Positions 1 to 10,911 of a stretch of DNA of 64,000 nt are shown piece after piece. Location of the stretch: positions 5,504,001-5,568,000 of the forward strand of contig OZ253580.1 in NCBI GenBank assembly GCA_965263035.1, written 5' to 3'. The notes under the pieces were generated by a model, which made no database searches, was not told the origin of the DNA, and was given only the letters and a program-made list of their open reading frames with translations. How positions within the stretch are numbered: the stretch's first letter is position 1; the number at the start of each line of letters is the position of its first letter. Origin of the DNA: Acidobacteriota bacterium (GTDB lineage: Bacteria > Acidobacteriota > UBA6911 > RPQK01 > JAJDTT01). The position numbers and the translations under genes were made by a program.

Positions 1-347
1 CCGAAGAGCAGATCCAACTGGGCGGCGGCTACGACCACAACTTCGTCCTGAACCAAACGGGTGAGGGCCCGTCACTGGCGGCAAGAGTTCGTGAGCCCAC
101 CTCGGGACGCGTCATGGAGGTCTACACGACGGAGCCAGGAGTTCAGCTCTATACCGGCAACTTCCTCGACGGGACGCTGACCGGCAAGGGTGGACGCGTC
201 TACCAGCAACGTTTCGGCTTCTGCCTGGAAACCCAGCACTATCCGGACTCACCCAATCGGCCCGAGTTCCCCTCGACGATCCTGAGGCCGGGTGAGACCT
301 ACGAATCCCGGACCGTATTCAAATTCCCCGACGTCCCGGGAACCTGA
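1..347 (+). CDS. galM: Aldose 1-epimerase (galactose mutarotase), 3' part; start lies upstream of the window
   Basis: GGYDHNFVL at the window start, then TTEPGVQLYTGNFL and GFCLETQHYPDSPN motifs typical of GalM. Confidence 0.9.
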   Translation, partial: EEQIQLGGGYDHNFVLNQTGEGPSLAARVREPTSGRVMEVYTTEPGVQLYTGNFLDGTLTGKGGRVYQQRFGFCLETQHYPDSPNRPEFPSTILRPGETYESRTVFKFPDVPGT

Positions 348-360
348 TTCGTCGCCGGTC

Positions 361-2037
361 TTACCGGGCCTTCCGACCGCCGACCGAACCGCCGGTGGCG
401 TCCGTCACAAGAAACTCAAACGAATAGAGGCTGGCCTCTTCGAGGTAAAAACGCAGCCGGATCGGCTTTCCGGCCAGGGAGGTGACGGCGGAGCGCCCAT
501 TCCAGGTCACGGTCTGGCGGAGAGCGTCTTGCCGAAGGGGATCACAATCCTCCCGGGTGTAGCCGTGAACGGGGTCCCCCCCTTGGTCCAGAACCTCCAC
601 CAAGAAACGACCGTCCTCGGCATCGGCGTTGACGACCAGTTCATCTCCGGTGAAGGTGAAGCTCCTGGTGGTCAGGCTTCCACCCGGCTTGCCCGCTTGG
701 ACCGATACGAAGCCATCCAACCGCAGCTTCGCCAATCCGATGCCGTTGGGGAATCCGTCGACCCCGGGAGGACGGGTGTGATTGTGATCGACACCCACAG
801 CAGAGTAGTAGATCCGGATTTCGTCGCCGTGGACAAAGGGGCCCTGCAAGGGATGGATGGCGCCCCAGTCGAAATCGCCGGGCTGAGTGGAAAGCGGAAT
901 GAAGACGTTCCGGTTCCCAGCGCGGTCCCAAGTCCGTCCGTCCCGGCTGGAAGTCAACTGCACCGCGCCTCGGCAATAGTCGAGGTCGTAGCTGAAGACC
1001 GTGACGAGGCCGATGCGAAGGCCCTCATAGGTCATGACCTCCATGTTGTAGAACTGGTCCCGATTGAAAGGATCTTCCGCGTCCGGCCCCACGATGACCC
1101 GATAATCATTCCAGTGAACGAAATCGCGGCTCATGATCTGGCTGACCCGCCGGATGCTGTGGTTCTCGGGAGCGCGGTTCCTCTGCGGGTCCCAGTGCCG
1201 CCGCCAACCCGCCCGAGCCTCAGGGTCGCTCACCAAGCGCGGCCGCACCTGGGAGATCCTGCCGGTGCGATCCCGGATGATCCCGACGTAAAGGCCGAGG
1301 GCTTCGTCCCAGTAGGCGACCATCTGGCTGTCGTGGCCGGGAGGTTCGAAAAAGACGGCCTTGCCGTCGTTGTACGGAGTCCAGTCCAGGCCGTCCGCCG
1401 AATGGGAGGCGTAGATCTTGTAGTCTCCCCGCATGTGCAGCATCTTGAAACGCTGGGACGAATCCGCCTCGTGGATGTCCAGGAAGACGCCGCTGGCCAA
1501 GCCGCCGTGAGGCACGACGATGTTGTTTTCCGTCGTTCCCCGGTACTTGAATATTCCCAGCCTCGGCTTGTCCCACCGGATGCCGTCGCTGCTCTTGGCG
1601 AAGCAGAGGACCGCCTCTTCGTCCCCTCCGCTGCCGGCGTGCAGGCTGTACCAGAGCTTGAAGAGTCCGTCCGCTGGATCATGGAGAACGCTTGAAAAAG
1701 CGATGGGCATGCCCGCCTCCCACGCCTCCTCTCCTTCGGGAACTCTGGACAGGACCGGGTTGCCCTCGTACTTCCGCGGCTGGTTCAACCTCCGCTCCAC
1801 ACCTTCCGATTCGGAGATGAGGAAGTCGTCGACAAAGAGTTGCCGGTGGCTTTCCAGAGCGATCGGCGCCTCCTCGGATCGTGCCGAAACCGGAGCCGTA
1901 GCCCTCAGAACGGAGATTAAGGCCTCCGGGAGGTACGGCAACTCGATCCGGGCCAGGGGACCCGTTCCGCCCGTACCCAGGACCAACTCCGCGGTCATTT
2001 GAATCGTTACCAAGACGACTGTCCATGTTTTCGTCAT
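361..2037 (-). CDS. Secreted glycoside-hydrolase-like beta-propeller protein (GH32/43/130-like fold)
   Basis: QLFVDD, SxDGIxW-type repeats, C-terminal LRLDGFVS...ASLYSF; ATG at 2037 has an AGGAG RBS and a hydrophobic N-terminus. Confidence 0.6.
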   Translation of the reverse strand: MTKTWTVVLVTIQMTAELVLGTGGTGPLARIELPYLPEALISVLRATAPVSARSEEAPIALESHRQLFVDDFLISESEGVERRLNQPRKYEGNPVLSRVPEGEEAWEAGMPIAFSSVLHDPADGLFKLWYSLHAGSGGDEEAVLCFAKSSDGIRWDKPRLGIFKYRGTTENNIVVPHGGLASGVFLDIHEADSSQRFKMLHMRGDYKIYASHSADGLDWTPYNDGKAVFFEPPGHDSQMVAYWDEALGLYVGIIRDRTGRISQVRPRLVSDPEARAGWRRHWDPQRNRAPENHSIRRVSQIMSRDFVHWNDYRVIVGPDAEDPFNRDQFYNMEVMTYEGLRIGLVTVFSYDLDYCRGAVQLTSSRDGRTWDRAGNRNVFIPLSTQPGDFDWGAIHPLQGPFVHGDEIRIYYSAVGVDHNHTRPPGVDGFPNGIGLAKLRLDGFVSVQAGKPGGSLTTRSFTFTGDELVVNADAEDGRFLVEVLDQGGDPVHGYTREDCDPLRQDALRQTVTWNGRSAVTSLAGKPIRLRFYLEEASLYSFEFLVTDATGGSVGGRKAR

Positions 2038-2296
2038 CGCAGACTCCTGGTTGGACCGGGGAAGTGGCGGCAGTATATCAGCCGAATGACAGGAAATACG
2101 AAGCAAGCCACCTGGAGAGAGGACTCGAAGCCGAGGATAGGAGAACTCTTCGTCCGCTGCGACCGGATTTGTTGCCTGACTTCCCACACCGCCGTCCGCA
2201 ATCGACTGATCCTGCGCTCCCACTCCGCCGGCGTCCGCGATTTCGACGGTCAGACGAAGTTGGCTCGCCTTACGCGGCGGCAGTACTATTGACGGA

Positions 2297-5179
2297 ATGG
2301 AATTTTTTCAAGAGTTGTTCGGGACCTTTCTAATCGCCCTTGCGGCCTTTCTCCTGGCCGGGGTGATCCTGACTGTTGTTACCGCCGTTCTTGGGTGGTC
2401 GTTCTATCAAGCTCGGCGGCGGATAGATCACCTCGCCGCTCGCGCCAGCACCCTGGCGACGATGCTCGTTTCCAAGACACCCGCGTCGCAGGAGGGCGAG
2501 TCCGCTTGGGAACCCGGTCCTGCTGCCGGGTCGGAACGGACCGATTCACGGCGCTCCTTCCGCTTCCGTGACCACCCCGTCCTGACCATCGCTCTAGCTG
2601 TCGGTTTGTTCATGATCTTCTTCGGAGGGTTGCTGATCCCCTTTCTGCTTCTGGCCACCTTTCCCGTGGTTCCAGTCGTCCTTGGGGTGTTGCGGCATAG
2701 AGCTCAACGACGGATACGGGTACTGACCGCTCGAATCACCGCCTTGGAGGCAGAGCTGGCCGCCGGAACGCCCTCGTCCACACCGGCCGCCGTCGCAGTC
2801 CCGAGCTCGCCGGCAGCAGCGGCGGCGACGGAGCTGCCGGTGGAAGAAACGGAGGAGGTGGCCAAACCCGATCGGGAACCGGACCCTGCCAAGCCGGCGT
2901 GGTCCGATGCGCTGCACTCGTTCCTCTTCGGCGGCAACACCCTGACGCGGGTCGGCGTCATCCTTCTATTCTTCGGTTTCGCTTTCTTCCTGAGCTACGC
3001 GGCCGAACAGGGCTGGTTCTCGATCCAGCTCCGCCTGAGTGTCGCCGCGGCCGCCGGTGTTGCCCTGCTGACGCTTGGATGGCTCCTGCGGGACTTGCGC
3101 CGAGAGTATGCGCTTGCGCTGCAAGGCGGCGGCGCAGGCATCGCGTACCTCACTGCCTTTGCGGCCGTCAACTCTTACGATGTGATCGGCTCCGGGGCCG
3201 GGTTGTCTGCCATGATCCTGCTGGTCGCGGTCACCGGGGCTCTGGCGTTGAGGCAGGACGCGCCGAGTCTGGCTTTATTGTCCTCGCTGGGTGGATTCCT
3301 GGGCCCGGTCCTGGTCACCCGCGACGCCAGCCACGTGGCACTCTTCTCCTATTATGCCGTTCTCGACATCGGGATCGTGGCCGTGGCATGTTTCCGGGCC
3401 TGGCGCCTTCTGAGCCTGCTCGGGTTCGGGTTTACGTTCCTCGTCGGCGCTCTGTGGGGGGCCGTGTTCTATCAGCCTCAGCATTTCGCCACGACCCAAC
3501 CGTTCCTGGCTCTGTTCCTCGCACTCTTCGTCGCGGTTCCGGTACTGCATGCGTGGCGTCAACCGCCGCGGCTTGTCGGGTTCGTCGACGGCACCCTCGT
3601 CTTCGGAGTGCCGCTCGCGGCTTTCATCCTCCAGCATCGGCTCGCGAGCGGATTCGAATACGGTCCCGCGGTCAGTGCTCTCGCCTTTTGCGTCTTCTAC
3701 GCAGTCGTGGCCAGCCTGGTCAATGGCCGAGGTCGTGACTCGTTGAGGCCGCTGGTGGAATCGTTCGTCGCTCTCTCGGCAGTCTTTGGCACGCTTGCAA
3801 TCCCGCTCGCGGCGGACGAGCACTGGATCTCCGTTGGGTTGGCGATTGCGGGCGCGGCGATCGTCTGGATCAGCACCCGCCAGAATCGCCGCCTGCTCCT
3901 GCTTTCGGGAATCGGAATTCAGTTCCTGGCGGGCTGCATCGCTATCGGCGGGCATTCGTCGAGCGCTCTATCTGTACTGGACGTGGGACACCTGACGGTG
4001 GCCCTGTCCGGCCTCGTTTCGGCCTGGTTCCTGCGTCGACGCGAGGTGGTGGGCGTGGATTCGCGTCTGATCTCGGTGGTGGCGCTCATTTGGGGGTCGC
4101 TCTGGTGGTACGGAACCGGCGTCAACGAAATCTCGCGGCATCTGTCATCGCTCGACCAGGATTGCGCAATCCTCGCGTTTGTCGCCATCAGCGCCGCCGC
4201 GTTCGTCCTGCTGCGAACCCGGCTCGACTGGAAGGACTTGGCGTACCCGCCATTGCTTCTGCTCCCCGCGATGGTGCTTCTGACCATCGACTGGATCTCC
4301 ACGGCACCTCATCCGCTCGCCGGCTGGGGCGCCCTCGCCTGGCCGGCCGCGGTCCTGGTTCAGTATTGGTTGCTGTGGCGTTGCGAGACCGACTGGTCAA
4401 GAGCGACGCCCTGGGTCCACTGCGGCACGCTGTGGCTCGGCGTGTTTCTGGTTTGGCGGGAAGCCATGTGGCTCAGCGGGCAGATCGCCTCTGACGATCC
4501 AAGGTGGCCGTTCGTCATGTGGGCCCTCGTACCAGCTCTTTTTCTCTGGGCGCTCATGACGTTTCGGACTTTTCTTTCCTGGCCGATCGAGCGTTTTCGG
4601 CAGATCTATCTCGGCGTCGGGCAACTCCCCCTGGTGATCACCGTCTCGGCCTGGATGCTGGTTGCCAGCTTCCATCCGGGTGCTTCCCATCCGCAGAGCT
4701 ATATTCCGCTCCTGAATCCTGTCGAGTTCGTACAGTTGTTCTCCCTGGGTGTCCTGGTCCAGTGGTCGATGGCGGACGCCCGCATGAGGGTAAGCGCGAT
4801 CCGGTGGCCGACGCTCGGATTCATTTCGTTCGTGGCGCTGAACGGGGCTCTCGCCCGCACGGTCTGCCGCTTCCTCGAATTACCGTTCGAGGCCCAGGTG
4901 CTCCTTTCCTCCGGGCTGTTTCAGGTCATCTTGTCTGTCGTCTGGACGACCGCTGCCCTGGTCACCATGCTCGTTGCAACCCGGACGAGGCGCCGTCCCG
5001 CCTGGCAAGTCGGCACCGCCCTGCTGGTGGTGACCGTGATCAAGCTGCTCTTGTTCGACCTCGCCGATACCGGCACGCTGACGCGGATCGTATCTTTCAT
5101 AGTCGTGGGCGGTCTCATCCTCATCGTCGGCTATTTCTCACCGTTGCCGCCCAAAGACGCCGAATCGAAGAGAGACTGA
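2297..5179 (+). CDS. DUF2339-type multi-pass membrane protein
   Basis: 960 aa, many TM helices, GGNTLTRVGVILLFFG near the start of the domain and KLLLFDLA...RIVSFI at the C-terminus. Confidence 0.8.
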   Translation: MEFFQELFGTFLIALAAFLLAGVILTVVTAVLGWSFYQARRRIDHLAARASTLATMLVSKTPASQEGESAWEPGPAAGSERTDSRRSFRFRDHPVLTIALAVGLFMIFFGGLLIPFLLLATFPVVPVVLGVLRHRAQRRIRVLTARITALEAELAAGTPSSTPAAVAVPSSPAAAAATELPVEETEEVAKPDREPDPAKPAWSDALHSFLFGGNTLTRVGVILLFFGFAFFLSYAAEQGWFSIQLRLSVAAAAGVALLTLGWLLRDLRREYALALQGGGAGIAYLTAFAAVNSYDVIGSGAGLSAMILLVAVTGALALRQDAPSLALLSSLGGFLGPVLVTRDASHVALFSYYAVLDIGIVAVACFRAWRLLSLLGFGFTFLVGALWGAVFYQPQHFATTQPFLALFLALFVAVPVLHAWRQPPRLVGFVDGTLVFGVPLAAFILQHRLASGFEYGPAVSALAFCVFYAVVASLVNGRGRDSLRPLVESFVALSAVFGTLAIPLAADEHWISVGLAIAGAAIVWISTRQNRRLLLLSGIGIQFLAGCIAIGGHSSSALSVLDVGHLTVALSGLVSAWFLRRREVVGVDSRLISVVALIWGSLWWYGTGVNEISRHLSSLDQDCAILAFVAISAAAFVLLRTRLDWKDLAYPPLLLLPAMVLLTIDWISTAPHPLAGWGALAWPAAVLVQYWLLWRCETDWSRATPWVHCGTLWLGVFLVWREAMWLSGQIASDDPRWPFVMWALVPALFLWALMTFRTFLSWPIERFRQIYLGVGQLPLVITVSAWMLVASFHPGASHPQSYIPLLNPVEFVQLFSLGVLVQWSMADARMRVSAIRWPTLGFISFVALNGALARTVCRFLELPFEAQVLLSSGLFQVILSVVWTTAALVTMLVATRTRRRPAWQVGTALLVVTVIKLLLFDLADTGTLTRIVSFIVVGGLILIVGYFSPLPPKDAESKRD

Positions 5180-5353
5180 TGCACCGGAACGAACGGCGGC
5201 TTTCCCAACCAGACACGAATGCAACAATGAACGTGGCCGAGCCGAGTCCTCGCGGATCCCGCATGGGTCTGTCGAGGCTGAGCGGCCTGGGCCGGCTTTG
5301 TGTCAGACGTGGACACAACGACGTGCGTGAATGACCTTAACCGGGACAGGACC

Positions 5354-6844
5354 ATGCCCGAATCCAAGAGCGATACCGAGCACATCAATAGAGGAATGAC
5401 CGATACGGGCAGCATCGGGGGCGAATCGGCGCCGCGCAACACTTCGCCACTGCCAGACGCTCCGGCGCGTAATGTTGGAAGAACGCCGTTCCAGCACCCG
5501 TTCCGAGTCGGCGCGGGAGTGCAGCAGGCCGTCGCGTGGGTGAACACCGTGATAGTGGTGGGGCTCTTTGTCGCCCTCCTGGGCATATGGGCTCACTGGC
5601 TGTTCAGTGGCGGTGACGAGGCTTCAACGGATTCGATCACCAGCACTGGATCGATCCACGAGGCCGCCCCGCATTCGGCCGGGGATACCGATCTCCGTTC
5701 GTCGGTCGCATCGACGCCGACGGCGGAACCTTCAACGGCGAGGGCGGACGAGGATTCCCTCAATCTAAACCAAAGGGATCGCCGCCGCATTCAATCGGGC
5801 CTGAGGGCCTCGGGCCTCGATCCGGGACCCGCGGATGGCCATTTCGGCGCCGGTACGCGTGGGGTGATTCGAAACTGGCAGGCGGCTCGCGGTGTGCCGG
5901 CGACCGGCTATCTGAACTCGGTCGAGGCCCAAGAGCTGATCGCCTTAGGCACCCGTAGAGGCGCAGGCGTTCCCGCCGAGACGCCGCAGCCAGTCGGAGA
6001 CGATCGTCACCCTGCGACCGGTCTCGAATTCCCGTCGATCACCAGCCGCGGCGCCACGAAGGGCAGAACCGTCAACGACAGAAGCCGCGTCACCGGCAGC
6101 CGCGGTAACGACAACCTCACCGGCACTGACTCAGACGACACCATCAGCGGCCGGCACGGGAAGGACATCCTGAACGGCGCAGCGGGCAATGACAGGCTCG
6201 ACGGCGGCTTCGGCGACGACACCATCAACGGTGGCAGCGGTGACGATACCATCTACGGTGGACATGGGAACGATTTCATTGACGGGGGCCAGGGCAGCGA
6301 CGTCATCGATGGCGGTTTCGGCAACGACACCATCCATGGAAAGAACGGGGACGACAGGATTCGTGGTTCGCACGGCAACGACCTGCTTTTCGGTGGGTCA
6401 GGTGCCGATAACCTCGACGGCCGCTTCGGCGACGATGCCATCTACGGCGGGACCGGTGACGACATCCTCGCGGGCGGGCCCGGCAGGGATGTTTTTCACT
6501 TCGACGAACGGCATGGGATCGATCGGATCACAGATTTCAGGCCTCAGCAAGACCGGATCGATGTCAGCAAGCTTCCGGTTGGCGGGTTCGAGAACTTGAG
6601 TCTGAAAACTGTGAGACGTGGTGTCCGGATCGATCTGACAGGCGTGGGCGGAGGCACGGTTCTGCTCGTCGGCTTGACGCTCGCTGACCTGAATGCGACG
6701 CACTTTGTGTTTGGCTCCATCATTGGGGGTGGCAGGGACATGCACGCGATCGATGCCGAGGAGTTGATTGTTCTGGGTAGTGGCGAAGGAGAAAACGTTC
6801 GGGCCGAGGCGAGGAGACCTGCCGTAACGAATCGTGTCGGATGA
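5354..6844 (+). CDS. Membrane-anchored protein with a peptidoglycan-binding domain and RTX-type Ca-binding repeats
   Basis: One TM helix; IQSGL..GLDPGPADGHFGAGTR..IRNWQ...ATGYL (PG_binding_1-like); more than 10 GGxGxD nonapeptides; DRITDF tail. Start uncertain (5300 or 5354). Confidence 0.75.
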   Translation: MPESKSDTEHINRGMTDTGSIGGESAPRNTSPLPDAPARNVGRTPFQHPFRVGAGVQQAVAWVNTVIVVGLFVALLGIWAHWLFSGGDEASTDSITSTGSIHEAAPHSAGDTDLRSSVASTPTAEPSTARADEDSLNLNQRDRRRIQSGLRASGLDPGPADGHFGAGTRGVIRNWQAARGVPATGYLNSVEAQELIALGTRRGAGVPAETPQPVGDDRHPATGLEFPSITSRGATKGRTVNDRSRVTGSRGNDNLTGTDSDDTISGRHGKDILNGAAGNDRLDGGFGDDTINGGSGDDTIYGGHGNDFIDGGQGSDVIDGGFGNDTIHGKNGDDRIRGSHGNDLLFGGSGADNLDGRFGDDAIYGGTGDDILAGGPGRDVFHFDERHGIDRITDFRPQQDRIDVSKLPVGGFENLSLKTVRRGVRIDLTGVGGGTVLLVGLTLADLNATHFVFGSIIGGGRDMHAIDAEELIVLGSGEGENVRAEARRPAVTNRVG

Positions 6845-6905
6845 GTTTGACCTGACGGACAATCCTTCCGGCAGTCTGTCAGAAAATCCCCACGAATCCC
6901 TGGGT

Positions 6906-7589
6906 TCACCCGTCGGACCGTTTTCGGCCGACCAGCACCGAAACCGGGGTTCGACTCCAAACGCACCTGGCGTCGAAGCCCGCCCGGGTCATCGCCTCCA
7001 GCTCCCGCTCCATTGGGAAATACGTATCCTCATCCGACCATTCGGCGAAGTGCCGATAGGCGCGTTCTTCAGGGATTCCGCGCGAGACCATGTGCGCCGC
7101 CCAGGCCGCGTAGTCCGCAGCTCTGCGGGAGGCATCCTCCGGCATGGTCGCGTCGCCGTTGACGAACACGCCGGCCCGGACCAAGGTCTCATGGACGCGT
7201 CCATAGAGTTGGGCCTTGGCGTCCAAGTCCGGTACGTGGTGCAACGCCAGAGAGGCCACAACGGCGTCGCAACGGGGAAGGGCATCGTGAAACGACTGCC
7301 TTCTCAGGCGCACCCGATCTCCAAAACGTTGCAATCTAGCCTGCGCGCGGGCGAGCATTTCGTCGTCGACGTCGATCAACTCGACGACGCTTTCGCCGCA
7401 CTTCTCCAGGATCGCCTCGGACAGGGCCCCGGTTCCGGCGCCCAAGTCGAGCACCCTCTCGGGCTGGCTGAGGGCGACTGTGCGGGCGACCTGCTCCAAC
7501 ATTTGATCGTAGCCCGGAATGAACTGCCGGATGATCTCGTCGTATTCGTCGATTTCAAGATGCAGGTGCCGACGAACGGAGTGGCTCAT
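6906..7589 (-). CDS. Class I SAM-dependent methyltransferase
   Basis: VLDLGAGTG motif I and ASLALHH; ATG at 7589 preferred over 7625. Confidence 0.85.
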   Translation of the reverse strand: MSHSVRRHLHLEIDEYDEIIRQFIPGYDQMLEQVARTVALSQPERVLDLGAGTGALSEAILEKCGESVVELIDVDDEMLARAQARLQRFGDRVRLRRQSFHDALPRCDAVVASLALHHVPDLDAKAQLYGRVHETLVRAGVFVNGDATMPEDASRRAADYAAWAAHMVSRGIPEERAYRHFAEWSDEDTYFPMERELEAMTRAGFDARCVWSRTPVSVLVGRKRSDG

Positions 7590-7785
7590 GGGTCCAATAA
7601 ACGATCGGCACGCCGTGCGGACCAAAGTGGATACACTGGCGCCATACTCCCTCTAATCCCACCATTGAGTCCCAATTGCAAGTTGAATCGAGGAGGCACC
7701 GCTATGCAAACTCGGGGCACGAGGTACGTAGAAGACACACGGTTTCCGATATAATGGCGCCTTACGCCACGGGGGCAAGTTCGAC

Positions 7786-10590
7786 TTGACGCGTTATTCA
7801 CGGCAGAAATCCTTGCAGGACATCGACTCGGCATTCAGGCGCGGGGGATGGATCGCCACTGTTCTTCTGGTGAGTCTTCTCGTTTCTCCCCATGCCACAG
7901 GGGAAACCAAGTTGGACAAAGTTGAGCTGAACCAGGTCGAGGAGCGCTCCGAATCCCTGGCCAACTCCCTTCTGGAATTCTCGGTGACGGTCCGGGAGCG
8001 GGACATGGCTCGGATCGGCAAGTTCTTCGTGTCGCCGGCCAGGGTGACGGCGTGGCCTTCTCTCTCCGGCGCCACGGATACGGAGTTCAAGTGGATCTCG
8101 ACGGCCGCGCCCCGAATTGCACGGAAGCGTCCGGCGAAGATGACCCGGACTGAACTGATGAAGAACTGGAGCAAGTTTCTGGGAACCTTCTCCTCCGTGG
8201 AGGATGCCCGATTCCAGGTCAAGGGGGCCCGCTTCAGCCAACGGAAGGGGAGAGTCGAGGGCAAGGGGGATCTCAAATTCTTCCTGATCGGACGGGACGG
8301 CAAGAACCATAGATTCTGGGTGAAGGGAACGGGGCGGCTGGTCGCGGTCCAAACTGGGGAGGAGAACTGGCAAATCTCCGAATTCCGGGTAGACGGTGTC
8401 AGGACCATGCGGGCGGCTGCGGACCTCTTCTCCGAGGTCTGCATTCCGGCGGGAGTCTCCATTTCTTTGCCCCGATACGGCGAACCGGGAAACGACGATT
8501 TCGTCTATCACGGCGCCGCCGCGGGAGATCTGGACCGGGACGGGCTGCAGGACTTGGTGGTCACGGGAATCAACCGGAACTATCTCTACCTGAACCAGGG
8601 CGGCCGGTTTCAGGATGTGGCAGACAAGGCGGGAATCTCGGTGACGCCGCCGGGAACGGCTCCTCTGCTCTTCGACTTCGACAACGATGGGGACCTGGAC
8701 GTCTTCATGGCCTCGGTGGGAGAGCAGATGCTGTTCGAGAACCGTCTGGTGCCCTCCGGGAAGCTGCTTTTCTTCGACATCTCGCAAGAGGTCGGCGTAG
8801 CGGTGAATGCCATCGGTTTCAGCGCCACCGCCGGTGACGTCAACGGGGACGGCTGGACCGACGTCTACGTCGCCTCCTACAACCGCTACGGGCGGGTCAT
8901 GCCCGACTCCTGGCACCGCGCATCCAACGGGACTCCGAACCTGCTCTTTCTGAATCAAGGCGATGGGAGCTTCCGCGAATCGGGGGCCGCGTGGGGTGTC
9001 CGCGACCAGCGCTGGAGCTACGCCGCCCAGTTCGCCGACATCAACAGAGACGGACGGCTGGACCTCTACGTGGCCAACGATTTCGGCGAGAACGGCTACT
9101 ACGTCAATTTGGGGGACCGGTTCGAGGATCGGGCCTCCAGCCTGGGGCTTCTGGATCCGGGCAACGGCATGGGCGTCTCCTTCGGCGACTTCAACAACGA
9201 CGGGCGGATCGACCTTTACGTCACCAACATGTCCTCCACCGCCGGGAACCGGATCTTGGACCGGCTGTTTCCGCAGGGAAGGGGCGACCGCAGCGGACTC
9301 AAGAAGCTGGCAGCGGGAAATACGTTGTTCGAAGGGGTGGATGAGGGTGGCTTTCGGGACGTGAGCGCAAAGTTCGGACCGTTCGTCGCCGGATGGGCCT
9401 GGGGCGGAGTCTTCGTCGACTTCGACAACGACGGTTGGGAGGACCTCTACTCTCCCAACGGGTTCATCAGCGGCAAGTCCATGAAGGACACATGAAGCTT
9501 CTTCTGGCGCCACGTCGTGGCGTCCACGGTCGGCGACGAGAAGGCCGGCAACCAGGACTACCAGAAGAACCACATGGCTCTCCTCTTCGAGCAGGGTCTG
9601 TCCTTCAGCGGATTCGAACGGGACGCCCTTTTTCTGAATCGGGAGGGTACCCGATTCCAGGATATCTCAGGGGTCTCGGGCATCGACTCCATCTCCGACG
9701 GACGTTCGGCCGTCACCGTCGACCTGGATAACGACGGCGACCTGGACATCTTTCTCACCACCATCCAGGGGGAAGGACACCTCCTGTTCCGGAACAACGT
9801 GGGCCAGGACAAGGGCTTCATCCGCGTCGAACTGGAGGGTACGAAGAGCGGTAAGGATGCCTTCGGCGCCCAGGTTCGGGTGAAGACTCCCCTGGGTATC
9901 CAGACCCGGATCCTTTCGGGAGGAAACGGTTTCATGGCTCAGCCCGACCGCCGGCTCCTGTTCGGTCTGGGGGAATCCCGGGAGGCCGAATGGATGGACG
10001 TCACATGGCCTTCCGGCGTTCGCCAGCGGTTGGGTCCCATTCCCGCCGGCGTCTCCTTGAAGCTGGTAGAGGAACAACCCGACTACCAGACCCTGTCCCT
10101 GCCGTCGGCCGCTCTACCGGATCCCCTGGAGGAGGAGCAGGTCCTCTGGAGCAAGCTGCAGATCAAGCGGGGCCTACCCCTGCCTGAATTGGCGCTGAAG
10201 ACGCTTCCGGACGGGGAGGAGATCTCCCTTCCGCTGGAAAAGGGAACGTCCTATCTGGTGAATCTCTGGGCCACCTGGTGCGGGCCCTGCCGGCGGGAAA
10301 TGCCAGAGTTGGAGGCCGCCAAGGCCAAGTTGGAAGAGAACGGGATCAAGGTGATCGGTCTCAGTCTGGACCAGGGGGTTCCCCTCGCCGACGTGGAATC
10401 GTATGCCCGAGGCCTGGGCGTGTCGTATCCGATCTACCTGCTGGAGCAGAAGGAATTGAAGAAGATCTTTGCCGGAGACGAAAGGTTCGTCCCCTTCTCG
10501 ATCCTGGTGGACGAGGAGGGCCGGGTCGCCGATAGCCATGCCGGTTGGGGTGAGAAGGCCAAGCGGAAGCTGGATCGGCTCTGCCGGTAA
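7786..10590 (+). CDS. FG-GAP/VCBS + ASPIC/UnbV + TlpA-like thioredoxin fusion with in-frame TGA at 9493-9495 (probable selenocysteine)
   Basis: ORFs 7786..9495 and 9517..10590 are in the same frame and join as KDT-[TGA]-SFFWRHVV; DxDxDGxxD repeats on both sides; UnbV-like AFGAQVRV...LLFGLG; VNLWATWCGPCRREMP. Confidence 0.75.
9506..9524 (+). promoter_or_regulatory. Putative bacterial SECIS element
   Basis: GGCGCCAC-GTC-GTGGCGTC: 8-bp stem (one G-U) with a G-starting apical loop 18 nt after the in-frame TGA. Confidence 0.6.
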
Positions 10591-10600
10591 GGAGGGGCGA

Positions 10601-10700
10601 CCTGGGAGGGGGGTCATTCTTGTCCCCCACTCTTTCTTGCCCTAACCTCCGATGGGAATTCGGGGGTTGAAAACCCCCGCTCCCGGGTTCGGCGACTGCA
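10601..10700. repeat. REP-like hairpin cluster (family B copy plus two further hairpins)
   Basis: CCTGGGAGGGGGGTCATTCTTGTCCCCC, then GGGGGTTGAAAACCCCC and GGCGACTGCAAGTCGCC palindromes. Confidence 0.6.
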
Positions 10701-10911
10701 AGTCGCCGCTTGTCTGTTTAATTGGATCCTCCAGGATTCCCTTGCCCGGGAGAGCATGGAACGGAGTCAGAGGGCCGGAGTTCCCCTGTACCTGAGGAAC
10801 TTCATGTGGAACAGCCGGTACGGTGAGTTCCAGGGAGACCAGCTGGAGCTGGCCTTTCGCGATGGAGGCGTGTCCGGATACAATTTCCACGAGACCGGGA
10901 GTAGGAAAAGG

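Noticed and set aside
9493-9495. Genome-wide UGA reassignment (code 4 or 25)
   Set aside because: Many genes here end cleanly at TGA at their expected C-termini, so any read-through must be site-specific
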